In this document: positions 53,810 to 64,000 of the stretch, in pieces
Layout of the letters: every line of letters begins with the position of its first letter
Position numbering within the stretch: position 1 is the stretch's first letter
Assembly: GCA_051362555.1 (NCBI GenBank)
Contig: CM120641.1
Coordinates: forward strand, 7,006,001-7,070,000
Source: Lingula anatina
Taxonomy: Eukaryota; Animalia; Brachiopoda
DNA length: 64,000 nucleotides
Direction of reading: 5' to 3'
Position numbers and translations under genes: made by a program
The notes under the pieces: model-generated
The model's database searches: none
The model's input: the letters and a program-made list of their open reading frames with translations, nothing else
Told to the model about the DNA's origin: nothing

Positions 53810-55020
53810 TGGTAGACCGGGGCTAAACGCCCAGTCGGGGTCAAACGCCCACCCGCTTTTTTTCAGGTATTACGTATAAATACGCGTCTCGTGATGTTTT
53901 GTCCACTTCCGATTTCCAGCAGACTAATCCTCCATGACGGAGATGACCACAAACTAAAAAATAAGCATTTTATGATAATTTGTTCATTTTTGCCTTGTTT
54001 ACTGTTATTTAGCCTTTTCCTTAACATCAGTGACACCACCTACCAAATGCACGAATTCAAAAAACTTTGTTGGTGACAGATAGGATGGTATCAGACCTCC
54101 ATACAAGTTTCAATGAAGTCAGATTGTATAAAACCTTTCCCGCTGAATTTTGAAAAAATATACAAAATCTCACTTTGGGGCAAAACGCCCATGCTGATAT
54201 GGGGCAAAACGCCTATAGTGGGCGTTTTGCCCCGATCACTGGGCGTTTTGCCCCCTTTCGTTTTTAAATAAAAAATAATTCTAAAAAGATGCGGAAGTGT
54301 TCTTTCATGCATGTTTTTTTATTGTATATCATCAGTTATAACACTTATATGGGGAAAAGCCAAAGCAAGTGGCTGTACTAGGAACTTAATTTTGGAAGTA
54401 TCACAGTGCCCTGTCGTAAAGAGTAGAATTACAGCTCATTCTGAATAAATTTGATGGGTATTTTTATTATCTCAGTACCCCAAAATATTATATGTTGCTT
54501 TTAAAGGCTTACTAAGTTGACTCATAGAAATATAATTTGATTTTATTTTGCTTTGTACAAAGGCGGGGCATAACGCCTATAGTTTGGGGCAAGACGCCCA
54601 CGGTGGGCGTTTAGCCCCGTGGTGCGAGGCGTAATGCCCCAGCCATGGGGCAAAAAGGCCGATTTTATAATTTACCTATTTTTTACCTATAAGGTTTTTC
54701 TTTTGTTTGTTTCCAAAAGTGTTAGTATCAGTTTGTAGTCTAGACAGCCCTTCATACAGGGGCGGATTCAGAGGTATCTACTGACAGTCTTCAAAATTAT
54801 CTTTGTTGATTCATCCTCCAATTTTGACCGTCTTCCAACAGAAAAAAATTAGATACCCGTCAATGTAAACTTGAAAATCTGACCGTCTTCCGGAAGACCC
54901 AGAAGACGGCCTAAATCCGCCCCTGTCATAGTTAACACCCACTTTGAACGGTCTATACCTTCAGCAGGGAAAATTGTGATGTTTCTTGCTTAAGGGGGGC
55001 GTTTAGCCCCGGTCTACCCC
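53810..55020. mobile_element. Non-autonomous pogo/Tigger-like DNA transposon, ~1.2 kb
   Basis: GGTAGACCGGGGCTAAACGCCC ... GGGCGTTTAGCCCCGGTCTACC TIRs near TA; many internal GGGGCAAAACGCC repeats in both orientations (54177-54256, 54565-54655). Confidence 0.82.
54758..54925. mobile_element. CAG-terminated MITE with 5-bp TSD nested in the pogo-like element
   Basis: TCATA|CAGGGGCGGATT ... AATCCGCCCCTG|TCATA; internal TGACCGTCTTCC repeats. Confidence 0.85.
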
Positions 55021-55711
55021 TACATAAGACCGACTGTATGTACAAACACGTGGATTTGTCAGTAAAATCAGGGCATTTAGGCCTATCCCATAAGTGGTAA
55101 TATACCATGAAGTGGTAATATACTATGAAGTATCTTAACACACGTCAATAAGGGAGATTAATCTAACCCACCTGTTCATCAAATTATCATCAAATTAGGC
55201 TATATAGGCTATAATTTGCAAACTGCCTTACTGCTATGTGTGTTCTGCATTGATCAATTTCTCCGCTCTTCAGCAGAATCATCGTTAAATATTTGCCGGG
55301 TGACATGTAAGTAATCCCGGTGAACTATGTTGATGAGAAAAAATGTTGTGACTGATGTGACTTTTTACGGATTTCATTATCATTTAACAAGTTCAGAACA
55401 CCCAATCGTCTACCAAATGTTGCTACTATACAAATTGCTCTTATGTTGATTTATTTTAAAAACGTGTATTTTTGCAGAATGGTTATTGAAGCATATTGCT
55501 AATGTATACCTAATTCACATTTTCGGCAATAAAAACTACACACACTGGACAATAGAAGTGTTACCCCTACTGAGCCAATACTATGGGGGAGATAAATGAC
55601 TGTGGAATGATATGCTCCTGGTATCATTTTATGAACATCAAATTTCACAAAAAATCACAAAATGAGAATAAAATATACATTCTACCAAAATATGCAGTTT
55701 CAAGTCCAAAA

Positions 55712-56714
55712 TTAGCACTTAATGGCATAGCCACGTGACCTAATAATAGGTGCCAGTCTACGAGGCAAGGATTCATATAATTGTCTGATGCGTTCAGGGC
55801 TTATGCTGGCCCAAGCATGAAACAATAAATATAACAGAGTTTCTCTGCTGGTTAGACGGGCATTTGTCAAAAGTTTTGACATATCATTCCACACATTTTC
55901 TGTTACGTTTGCATCCGGACTCGGGGCAGGCCACATCAACCTGCGAATGTCCTGTTGGTCAAACTAATCATCAACTGCTCTGGGCCTGTGACAAGGAGCA
56001 TTGTCATCCAGGTGAACAAATGGATAATTCCTGTCACCAAACATGTTAGTAATAGATGGTAGCAAGCCTGACCCCAAAGCATCGATATATTTCCAGCGAT
56101 TCATGTTTCCATCAGCCACTATCAATTCGCCCACGCCATGGATGCTGACGCAGCCCCACACCATGATGAATATGCTGCTCCGGGTCCGAAAATTCAGTGC
56201 ATGTGGTTCAAATGCTTTACCAGCAGTTCGCCAGCATCGTACCCGTCTGTCATCAGAGGTCAGACCAAAGCGACACTCATCAGAAAAAATATATAAGACC
56301 AATTGTCATGGACTGTCCAGTTCCAGATCCTGTTGACCCTAGTTCACTCTACGTTGCCTGTTTTGTAACGATATAAGAGGTTTCAGTCTTGCTACCCTGC
56401 TGTACACTCTATGAGCATGTAACCGACGCCTAGCAATTTTCACAGACACATTCTTATGTGTGAAATTGTTCCACTGTCGTTGTCAGCTGACAAGCAATGT
56501 CGATCTTTGACAACCTGGACATCAAAATCAGTCGTCGGTCTTCACGGCCAGTAGGCCTAGTTTTTCTTGGACGACCCATCAGAGGCAATTTGTCTCTTGA
56601 TCCAGTGTTTCTATACCGAGACCAGACCCTCTGCACGGTTATGACTGAACAATTCAATTGTATCGATATTCTGACATTGGTTATATTCCGCCTCTTCAGG
56701 TTAATAACTTGCAC
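55712..56714 (-). pseudogene. Tc1 DD34E transposase pseudogene
   Basis: HTH region with GRPRKT..REDRRL, then IFSDECRF, IMVWGC, DDNAPCH and WPAPSPDANVTE (34 residues between second D and E), LYESLPRRL; in-frame stops (e.g. TAG 55964-55966) and frameshifts. Confidence 0.93.
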
Positions 56715-57049
56715 CTATAACCGTTAGAGAATTGCCTGTATCTTGTCACAATGGAGGAAGACAGGAATAACATTTGCTGTACATGTACAAGACCAACAAT
56801 ACAATCCCATGGTATAGCGGTTTTATACTCATTAGTCACATTATAAGTAGACCAGGCATTATAAGTACCCAAGATCTGCCTACTTTTATTATTCTGAGTT
56901 AGGGGGTGTGACTGAAATGCGCAATACACTGCAATACAGCGCAACACAGCGCAATACACTTGATAACACAAGTCCAGTTGCAAGTAAACACAGGGAAGGG
57001 TAATCTCAAATAAAATAGGGTGATATAAAAGCAAAATATAGTACATAGT

Positions 57050-60000
57050 CAGTCTGCGACGTTAGGCACTAGCCCGAGGCAATTGCCCACCTAAAGTGGC
57101 ACCGGGCTAGTAAAAAAGTTGAAATTTTATAAAGCACTAGCCCGAACGGGCTAGTTGAAATTTTGATCCTTTTGTAACACTCAGTAAGATTTCAAAAATA
57201 TAAGTCGCCAGTCTTCTTTGTCCCTGCCTCTAATTTGACGTTTCTAGATAGTATGATATGCCTCTCAGTTGAAAAAACTCACACCTTGCTGAAACTACTG
57301 AATATTGATTAGTTGCTATAAATAACTTCACTGTAGTTATTTATAGCAGCAGTCTGTCTGATCAGCGTGTCGGCATCTTTTTATTTGACCAGTTTGTTGC
57401 CATGACTACAAATTGCTGTCAATCAAGTTACTGGATCAGACCGGAATTCCTTGGTACTAGCAACAGGTTTTGTCAAAACAACTCTGTCTCCGAAGCAAGT
57501 GTAATGTATGCATTATCTCACGGAACATTTGGGTTAGGACCACTTAGCAGACTGAGGGGTGTAGTATTCTATTTCCTTTTTTGTTTATATTTTTTATCTA
57601 TAATTTTAATATCCACGAGTTAATACATTTTCCTTTGCTTATTGCCTTTTAAAAACAATAAGACCCTGGCAGTTACATGTGACATAAATACCCTATGAAC
57701 TATTCTTGACAATGTGGGATAGTTGGGTTTATGCCATGGCTACCCCTCCACACTTTGTCCTGGTAAAGTCCTTGAAAAGTTGTTTTTACAAATGTATAAC
57801 CAAAAGAATTGTAACCAAAAAAATTGCAAGACGTTTGTTTAATTACCCTTACAGCACCTATGTATTTTAAATTAGAAGTGGCATTATATACCGATGTAAT
57901 TAGAAATAAATTGTTAGAAAAGAGCTATTGTCAATAAAAAGAAAAGGAATTTAAAAAAAAAGATTTTGATTGTATATAACAATGGAAAGAAAGGTATTAT
58001 AAAAATATGAAAAGTAAGGGTAACTATATTCAAGGGTTTGCTTCATGCCGTCAGAATGGCCTGAACGGAACATATTCTTCAGAAAACATGCCCAACTAAC
58101 GATATCTTTATCCAAATACACAAATTAAAAGCTCATTTTGTAAATTTTTGGCTTTAAAAAACGTCCTATTTGCTCGGCCTGGGAGTTAATGAGCTACGTG
58201 GTCACGTGGTCCAATGACGACAATCGAGCCACTGGAGAACAGAGCGTACTTAGCTGTCAAACTGAGCTGCATTGTCTACCTGTAAGATGACTTCTCTGGC
58301 TTCTGATAAAAGTTTATACTCATTCAAATCTCTTACCCGAGGGGTCTAAATCCTCGTGAAGCTGTGTAAAACCATTTCCCGTCTAGTCATTTCTTTAACA
58401 AGCATTTCATTATGGTTATCCCAAGTTGTATAAAACACTGCATTTGAATGAGTTAAGGGAAATGTTGATTATTGCATATGAGGTCCATGTTATTTGTGAA
58501 ATTCAATTTATTTTATTAAACCGCTGACACTCCGTCTTGCATACTTTTATTAAACTGAGGTAAACAATGCCCGTTACCTTTACAAGTCCTATCTTAATCA
58601 TCCATCTACCTGGAACTTCCTTTACCTCTTAATTAGAGGGTTAAATGGCATTCAATTTGTCTTGCTTGTATCGAACGCACTCTCTATCTAAGCTTTACTC
58701 CAGTTATCTCAGGTAAAAATCTACCTGTGCGTTACTTACAAAGCGCAGCTCCCGTAGACCTGGGGGTACTAGATAAAATCTGAACACCAGGTTTATCGAG
58801 GAGCTAGAGAAAGAAAGGAAGAATTTTTCCTGCACAACTTCATAGGAATTTTAACACGGACTTGATCCAGCTTAGACCTCCAAACTAACAGGGTGACATG
58901 GGCAATTTTCACAAACAAATCATAAAACTATATTTCAGTTAACCGCCTTTAAAAATAAATATACCGTTCTGGGTAAATTAAAATAGTTATTAAATCGCAA
59001 GAATATTTTTGACTTAAATGATGATTTTATTATTAATGGAAATTAAGCTACTATATGAGGTACATTTGCTGTGATTACGCTGTCCTTCATGTTTTGCGTA
59101 AGTCTACATTTTGCTGTATGTGCTTGTAATCTTTTTAAATATGTGCGTACAATTTTTGCAGGTCTGGTTACCCCCCTGTTATGTGATGAGAGTATTAATT
59201 TGGCAATTAGTTCCTTAGCTTATTTGATAGAATTGCAGTGTAAAATTTTCAACAAGATGTTGGCGAAATAGCCCATTACTCTTTGTAGGTATTTCCCCCG
59301 TCAAAGTTTGTCTAAAATTATCTTTCAATCTTTACTCTTTCAAAGACAGTATAAAGTTACCTGACATATTTTCGTGTAAACTTAATGACAAGCCAAGTGT
59401 CTCCAGTTCATTCCGTACTCAATTTTACCCAAGCAAATTTTTTTCTTGAGTAGATCTTTATAGCACGTTGTTATAAGCTTACAAATTTGCAAAAAAAAAA
59501 AATTGCGTACTGACGCAGAATTTGCGTTTCAAGTTATAAAATAATCAATCTTTTAAATTATTTAATATTTCAGATGAAATAATCTTCAGAAACAAATCCT
59601 CAAAGCATAAACGAATTAGGATAACGAACCATTTTATTATAGCAGTTCCCATTTTTTCTTTAATATAACGCTCTTTTTCCTGTTTTTCCTCAACACGTTT
59701 TCTTCCACGGAAGCTTCAAGATACCCTGAGAGCAATTTCTTTTATTAATGTTCGCGACCGTGTTTGAACTTAATTGTTTAAGTATTGATATTTAACGTCA
59801 TTTACAAATACCAATAAAATAACCCCATGAAATAAATGAGATATATTGAAAAATATGAAAGCCCACCAAGACGAGTTTCACACCTGTTATTACCTGGCTT
59901 GGGAATTGCAGCGGTGCATAATTAACAGGTTTGTTGTAAACGAGCTTTTGGTCAACTACAATGCATTTAAAATGCATCAGCAATCAGTAAGTTTGCCAAC

Positions 60001-60798
60001 TGATGACAGTTAATCTGAAAGACTACCAGCTCTTGATATGATCTAAACCACCTGAGGTGACCATGATCTAGAGCATCGCAACTATTGTCACCGAAGTTAG
60101 TAAGTAAGTCACGGAAGACCGTCACAGACAAAGAAAGATTGTCAACGAGAGCTGCAATTTTGGTGAATCCCACGGCAACACACCGAGGCATAACGAAAAT
60201 TCCTCAACTCCGTTCAACACAACTTTCCTTAACTTCTCCGTCTGTATGCACCTGCAGCTCAGTTGAGTCTCATAGGCCTTTATCGTGATTGTCGTCACAG
60301 TACCACGTGACCCAGATCTGTTGCTTCATTTTTGCATATTGAGGTGAGGTTTACTAAAATGCTTTTTTTTCTACTAATAGATTGTTTTTATAATTTTTAA
60401 ATGGCGGGGATCGATTAAAACATACCTCTAGTGTATAGATTGAGTGCTGTATCTTCAAAATTCGAGAAATGGATTTTTACATGAACATTGTCCTTTCAGT
60501 ATTACATATTAAAAAAGGGAATTTTTTTCAATATTAAATAATTAAATATATTTTAAATCGATTTTACCACCCCATCAACTGAAAATTAACCTGATTGACT
60601 TTGTTATTCACTTGTTCTACTTCTATAATAAGGTTTACAAGAAAGTACAGTATGGTACCACAACTCTTTACAACATCTGCTTAAACTTTTTAAATGAATT
60701 ATTTAAATTGGGCTAGTGTTTTTTGGTTCGGGCTAGTAAAGTTTGAGAGTCTGCTAGCCCGAAGGGCTAGTAGTCTAAAAAGTTTTTGGCACAGACTG
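57050..60798. mobile_element. hAT-like non-autonomous element with 6-bp TSD
   Basis: CATAGT|CAGTCTGCG ... CACAGACTG|CATAGT; clustered CTAGCCCG/CGGGCTAG subterminal repeats at both ends. Confidence 0.8.
58033..60494. mobile_element. Possible decayed Kolobok-like element
   Basis: TTCA|AGGGTTTGCTTCATG ... CATGAACATTGTCCT|TTCA (9/15 TIR match), inward-facing GGTCACGTGGT motifs near 58200 and 60302, THAP-like start MPRCVAVG at 60191 (minus). Confidence 0.4.
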
Positions 60799-62012
60799 CA
60801 TAGTAATTAATATTGCTGATACAACTTGACAATTTTTCATTGTTTGGTCAGCCGCCATGTTGGCGAGTAGCTCTTCTTGGCCAGTAATATATCCAAGAAG
60901 AGCCACTCGCCAACATGGCTGCCAACCGGACAATATAAAAGTCTTGCTGATTTGTTAAGTTATATCAACGATATTACTTACCTAGTAATATATAGGTTGT
61001 TTTTATATCACCCCACTTTGCTGGGAATGGTCATTTCTTTTGTGTAATTGCAACTGGATTTGATTTTTGAAGTGTATTGCACTGTGTTGCACTGTATTGC
61101 GGTGTATTGCGCATTTCAGTCACACCGGTGTCGGGTGACACTTCTATTGTCCAGTGTGCGTAAGTATAATAACTAAGCATAATATTTAAATTTAAATATC
61201 CCCATATATTTTCAACCAATCAGCAAAACTTATGAAACGTTCAGCAGAAGAAGCAATAATATAACAAAATATAACATTACAGTATTATATGTACTTGTGG
61301 GTGTTTTCAAACGACTTTACACATCTGTAAACGCATTAATAATTACTGCAATACTAGCAATGACAACTACAGCAATATGATCAAATATGTAAACGCGATG
61401 AACTGCAGTTTTAAACAATGTGTTTTTGTGTTTGAAAATACACTGTCGCTTTCTTGTGAAAATGTGAAAAATTAATCTATCAGTCAACACGGTAATGGCA
61501 TATTACACCTGTAAGGTAAATGATAATGGATAACAAAATTACTATAATGGGTGAAAAATGGAGCGCTGATGTCAATTAAACGGCTTTTAAATGCATGTTG
61601 GATAATTGCCTTTTCAGTTACAAGATGACTAGATCAGTGTACTCTTATATACTGTAAGTGGCGGCAATGTGCGTCTAGTAAATAGTATAAATTCTGATGT
61701 ATCCATACGTTAATGCAGAAAAGTGAATAGTAGGTATTTTATCTTTGGATATGAAGCAAGAAACTGATCTGCGAGAAAGGAATTCATGGCCGTGTCGAGA
61801 CTCAAGTACAAACGAGTGTATCATTGATGAACACAGTTGAACATACTTAGCCTACATAGTTTGACAAAACGTCATCTGCAGATTATTTATATTTGGGAGG
61901 AGAATTTGCCCTTTGCACACAGGGCATTTCAAACAACACTTTTCCGATATCGCATACAACGCAAATCGAAGGGATCGATCGGTAGAATTTTGAATTTCGC
62001 CACAATTTTAAA

Positions 62013-63059
62013 ATGATAGAACTAAAGGCGAAAAATTTAACAGCATCATGGAAAAATAAGTCAGATTTTGACTTCAGTGCCGTTTATGACATCGATGAAT
62101 ACTATATCTTGAGCCCTGTTTTTATATCAATGAGTCTGGTTGGAATTATATTAAATGTTCTCTCTTTTTTGGCTGTAAGGATGGTGGCCCGTAAGGAATC
62201 TAGTGTCCATCTCATTTTGCTCCAAAACTTGGCGGTGGCGGATGTTCAAGTGTTTCTGTATTTCCTGATCTTGTCGGTGTTTGACCTGGCTTCTGACGAA
62301 TACGAAGATACATCTGTTTTACTGGCAACCTGTTACTATTTCATCATTAGTCTGAGTATAGACATAACTTTAACAAGCTCAATGGGCATTATTCTCGGGC
62401 TTATTATCAACATGTATTTTGCCATATGCAAACCGCTGAGGTATATTTCCATTGTTACAAAGAGACGTATTTATACATATCTAACTGCAGTGTGGCTTAT
62501 TTCATTTTTCATTCCGTCGTTTACCGTTCTTAGACAAATGCTGCTAGCGAATGCTGACAATCATATGGATGAGGGCCTTCTTGTATCATTTTGCTTTCAT
62601 TATATTTCAAACTTTTACAAAGAACGCGGAGTAGATAAGTACATATCGCCAGTTTTCGTAGCAATTTTACTTGTGATAACATTTGCTTTCCAAATACCAA
62701 TAGTGCGAACGATTGCAACTAAAACACCGGTGGATGCGACATCTGATTCCACTAAAAACGAAAATGAAAGTGAGATGTCACAATCAAGCGCTGGGTCTGC
62801 TCAACTGAGAAAAATTTCAATGGTGAAAATTGTCTGCATATTGTTCGGTTCATTCATCATTTTCTGGAGTCCTTTTATCCTAAGTTCAGTATTTTATTCG
62901 AAAATGGACATTACGACATTTGTTCTCGTCCGAGACTGCACGTATGTGTGGCTTGCCTTAAATTCGTTATCAAATCCAATAGTATACGGGATAAGACTGC
63001 GTGAAATAAGGGCTGGATACAAAACTTTATGTATGAAATGTGCTTGGTGGCAACGGTAG
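62013..63059 (+). CDS. Intronless rhodopsin-like (class A) orphan GPCR, 348 aa
   Basis: Seven hydrophobic segments with GIILN (TM1), NLAVAD (TM2), NMYFAICKPLRY (DRY position), VWLIS (TM4), FIIFWSPF (TM6), NSLSNPIVY (TM7), helix 8 REIRAGY; N-terminal sequons NLT and NKS. Confidence 0.92.
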   Translation: MIELKAKNLTASWKNKSDFDFSAVYDIDEYYILSPVFISMSLVGIILNVLSFLAVRMVARKESSVHLILLQNLAVADVQVFLYFLILSVFDLASDEYEDTSVLLATCYYFIISLSIDITLTSSMGIILGLIINMYFAICKPLRYISIVTKRRIYTYLTAVWLISFFIPSFTVLRQMLLANADNHMDEGLLVSFCFHYISNFYKERGVDKYISPVFVAILLVITFAFQIPIVRTIATKTPVDATSDSTKNENESEMSQSSAGSAQLRKISMVKIVCILFGSFIIFWSPFILSSVFYSKMDITTFVLVRDCTYVWLALNSLSNPIVYGIRLREIRAGYKTLCMKCAWWQR

Positions 63060-63656
63060 AAGGTTGACCTCTGCATGAAGAAAGAAAAGCATTTTTATGG
63101 CGAGTATAGCATATGTATTTAGGCTGCAGAGTATAGGACAGTCTACTTCATGAAAAATAGCAAGGCAACCATCAGATATACATGTATGTTGCACCTACAT
63201 TGTAATACGGTGTTTTCAAAGGATATATTTTTGTGATGTATTTGTATTTTATGGTGTCATAACTACAGAAAGAATAAAATAAGTACTTCTTTAGAAATAT
63301 AGAAATGTTTATCAAGTATTTACAAATATTAATTGTGAACTGTTAACTGATAGAATGCACGATTTTAACATTTGTACGGACGTACTTAAGTTCATTACTT
63401 GTTAGATTCCCCATTTTCACTGACAGTGACGTACTAGTTTTCAGAATTCAAATCAATCTTGTGATATTTTAGAACATTTAGTGGTGAAACTTAAGAGAAA
63501 CCAACCATGAAGCCGCACATGTACCACTTACGACGATATTTTTCCTGTAACGAATCTTCTTTGACCATCTTCTTTTTTTCCTGTAATGAATCTTCCAGTG
63601 TCGACTGCGGAAGATAGCACATTTCAACATTTTTGTGGCTTTCAGAAGTATTACAC

Positions 63657-63728
63657 AGGTTTCACTGAGATTTCGACTCGGATCGCTGGATTCAGAGTCC
63701 AGAGTGCTTAACATTACACCATGGAACC
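63657..63728 (-). pseudogene. tRNA-Gln(CTG) pseudogene
   Basis: 66/72 identical to 53434-53505; D-loop GG lost (GTAATGTTAAGC), B box GTTCAA changed to GTCGAA, mismatches in T stem and acceptor stem, no adjacent T4 terminator. Confidence 0.88.
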
Positions 63729-64000
63729 CTCTTGTTATGACGGTTGACTGTAACCGCACAAGGAATCTTGTGGTGGACTGATATGACGGAATATTCACAC
63801 TTGAATGCAAGGGAGTAATCTTGATCATGCGTAGGACGTTTTAACAGTTTTTGTAGATACGTATATCACAATGTTCACCACAGTTTTGAATGACATTGGA
63901 TTTCGATCAGGAAAGAAATTTTCACCTTACAAAACTGACCAAAAGCGTATTCATTTTGTTTGGATTTTATGTTATTTTCCAGAGATATTTTCTGATAGTC

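Larger units (their letters stand above)
56905..61126. mobile_element. Foldback MITE (~480 bp net) split by a later insertion
   Basis: GGTGTGACTGAAATGCGCAATACAC... (56905-57040) is inversely repeated at 60990-61126; central palindrome GCCATGTTGGCGAGT..CTCTTCTTGG / CCAAGAAGAG..ACTCGCCAACATGGC at 60854-60919. Confidence 0.8.
55539..61160 (-). mobile_element. Tc1-like (DD34E) transposon interrupted by nested insertions
   Basis: TA|CACACACTGGACAATAGAAGTGTTACCC ... GGGTGACACTTCTATTGTCCAGTGTGCG|TA 28-bp TIRs (2 mismatches) enclosing a decayed transposase. Confidence 0.9.

Overview
AT-rich, intron-dense animal DNA, most likely a lophotrochozoan invertebrate such as a mollusc or annelid; this is inferred from gene and repeat content and the species cannot be determined. 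Positions 33-32807 (minus) hold the 5' part of a papilin gene. I read 34 coding exons by hand (about 1785 aa): signal peptide, TSP1, ADAMTS Cys-rich and spacer domains, six more TSP1 repeats, 16 CCxDG lagrin-type repeats with a mucin-like insert, and 7 Kunitz domains. The gene continues off the left edge, and a candidate non-coding first exon and promoter lie near 39.8-40.1 kb. Next come a complete 3-exon sphingosine-1-phosphate phosphatase (44177-52724, minus), an intact tRNA-Gln(CTG), a dense cluster of DNA transposons (including a decayed Tc1 element with up to three nested insertions), an intronless orphan class A GPCR and a tRNA-Gln pseudogene. Introns contain many MITEs and a Helentron-type element with a ~146-bp satellite. 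I found no convincing wholly new biological system. The most interesting signals are exon-restricted homogenisation in the papilin repeat cassette, a DR1-bearing satellite, the transposon nest, CAG-ended elements with 5- or 6-bp TSDs, a probable GC-AG intron and a GPCR lacking Arg3.50. All coordinates were read manually and may be off by a few bases.
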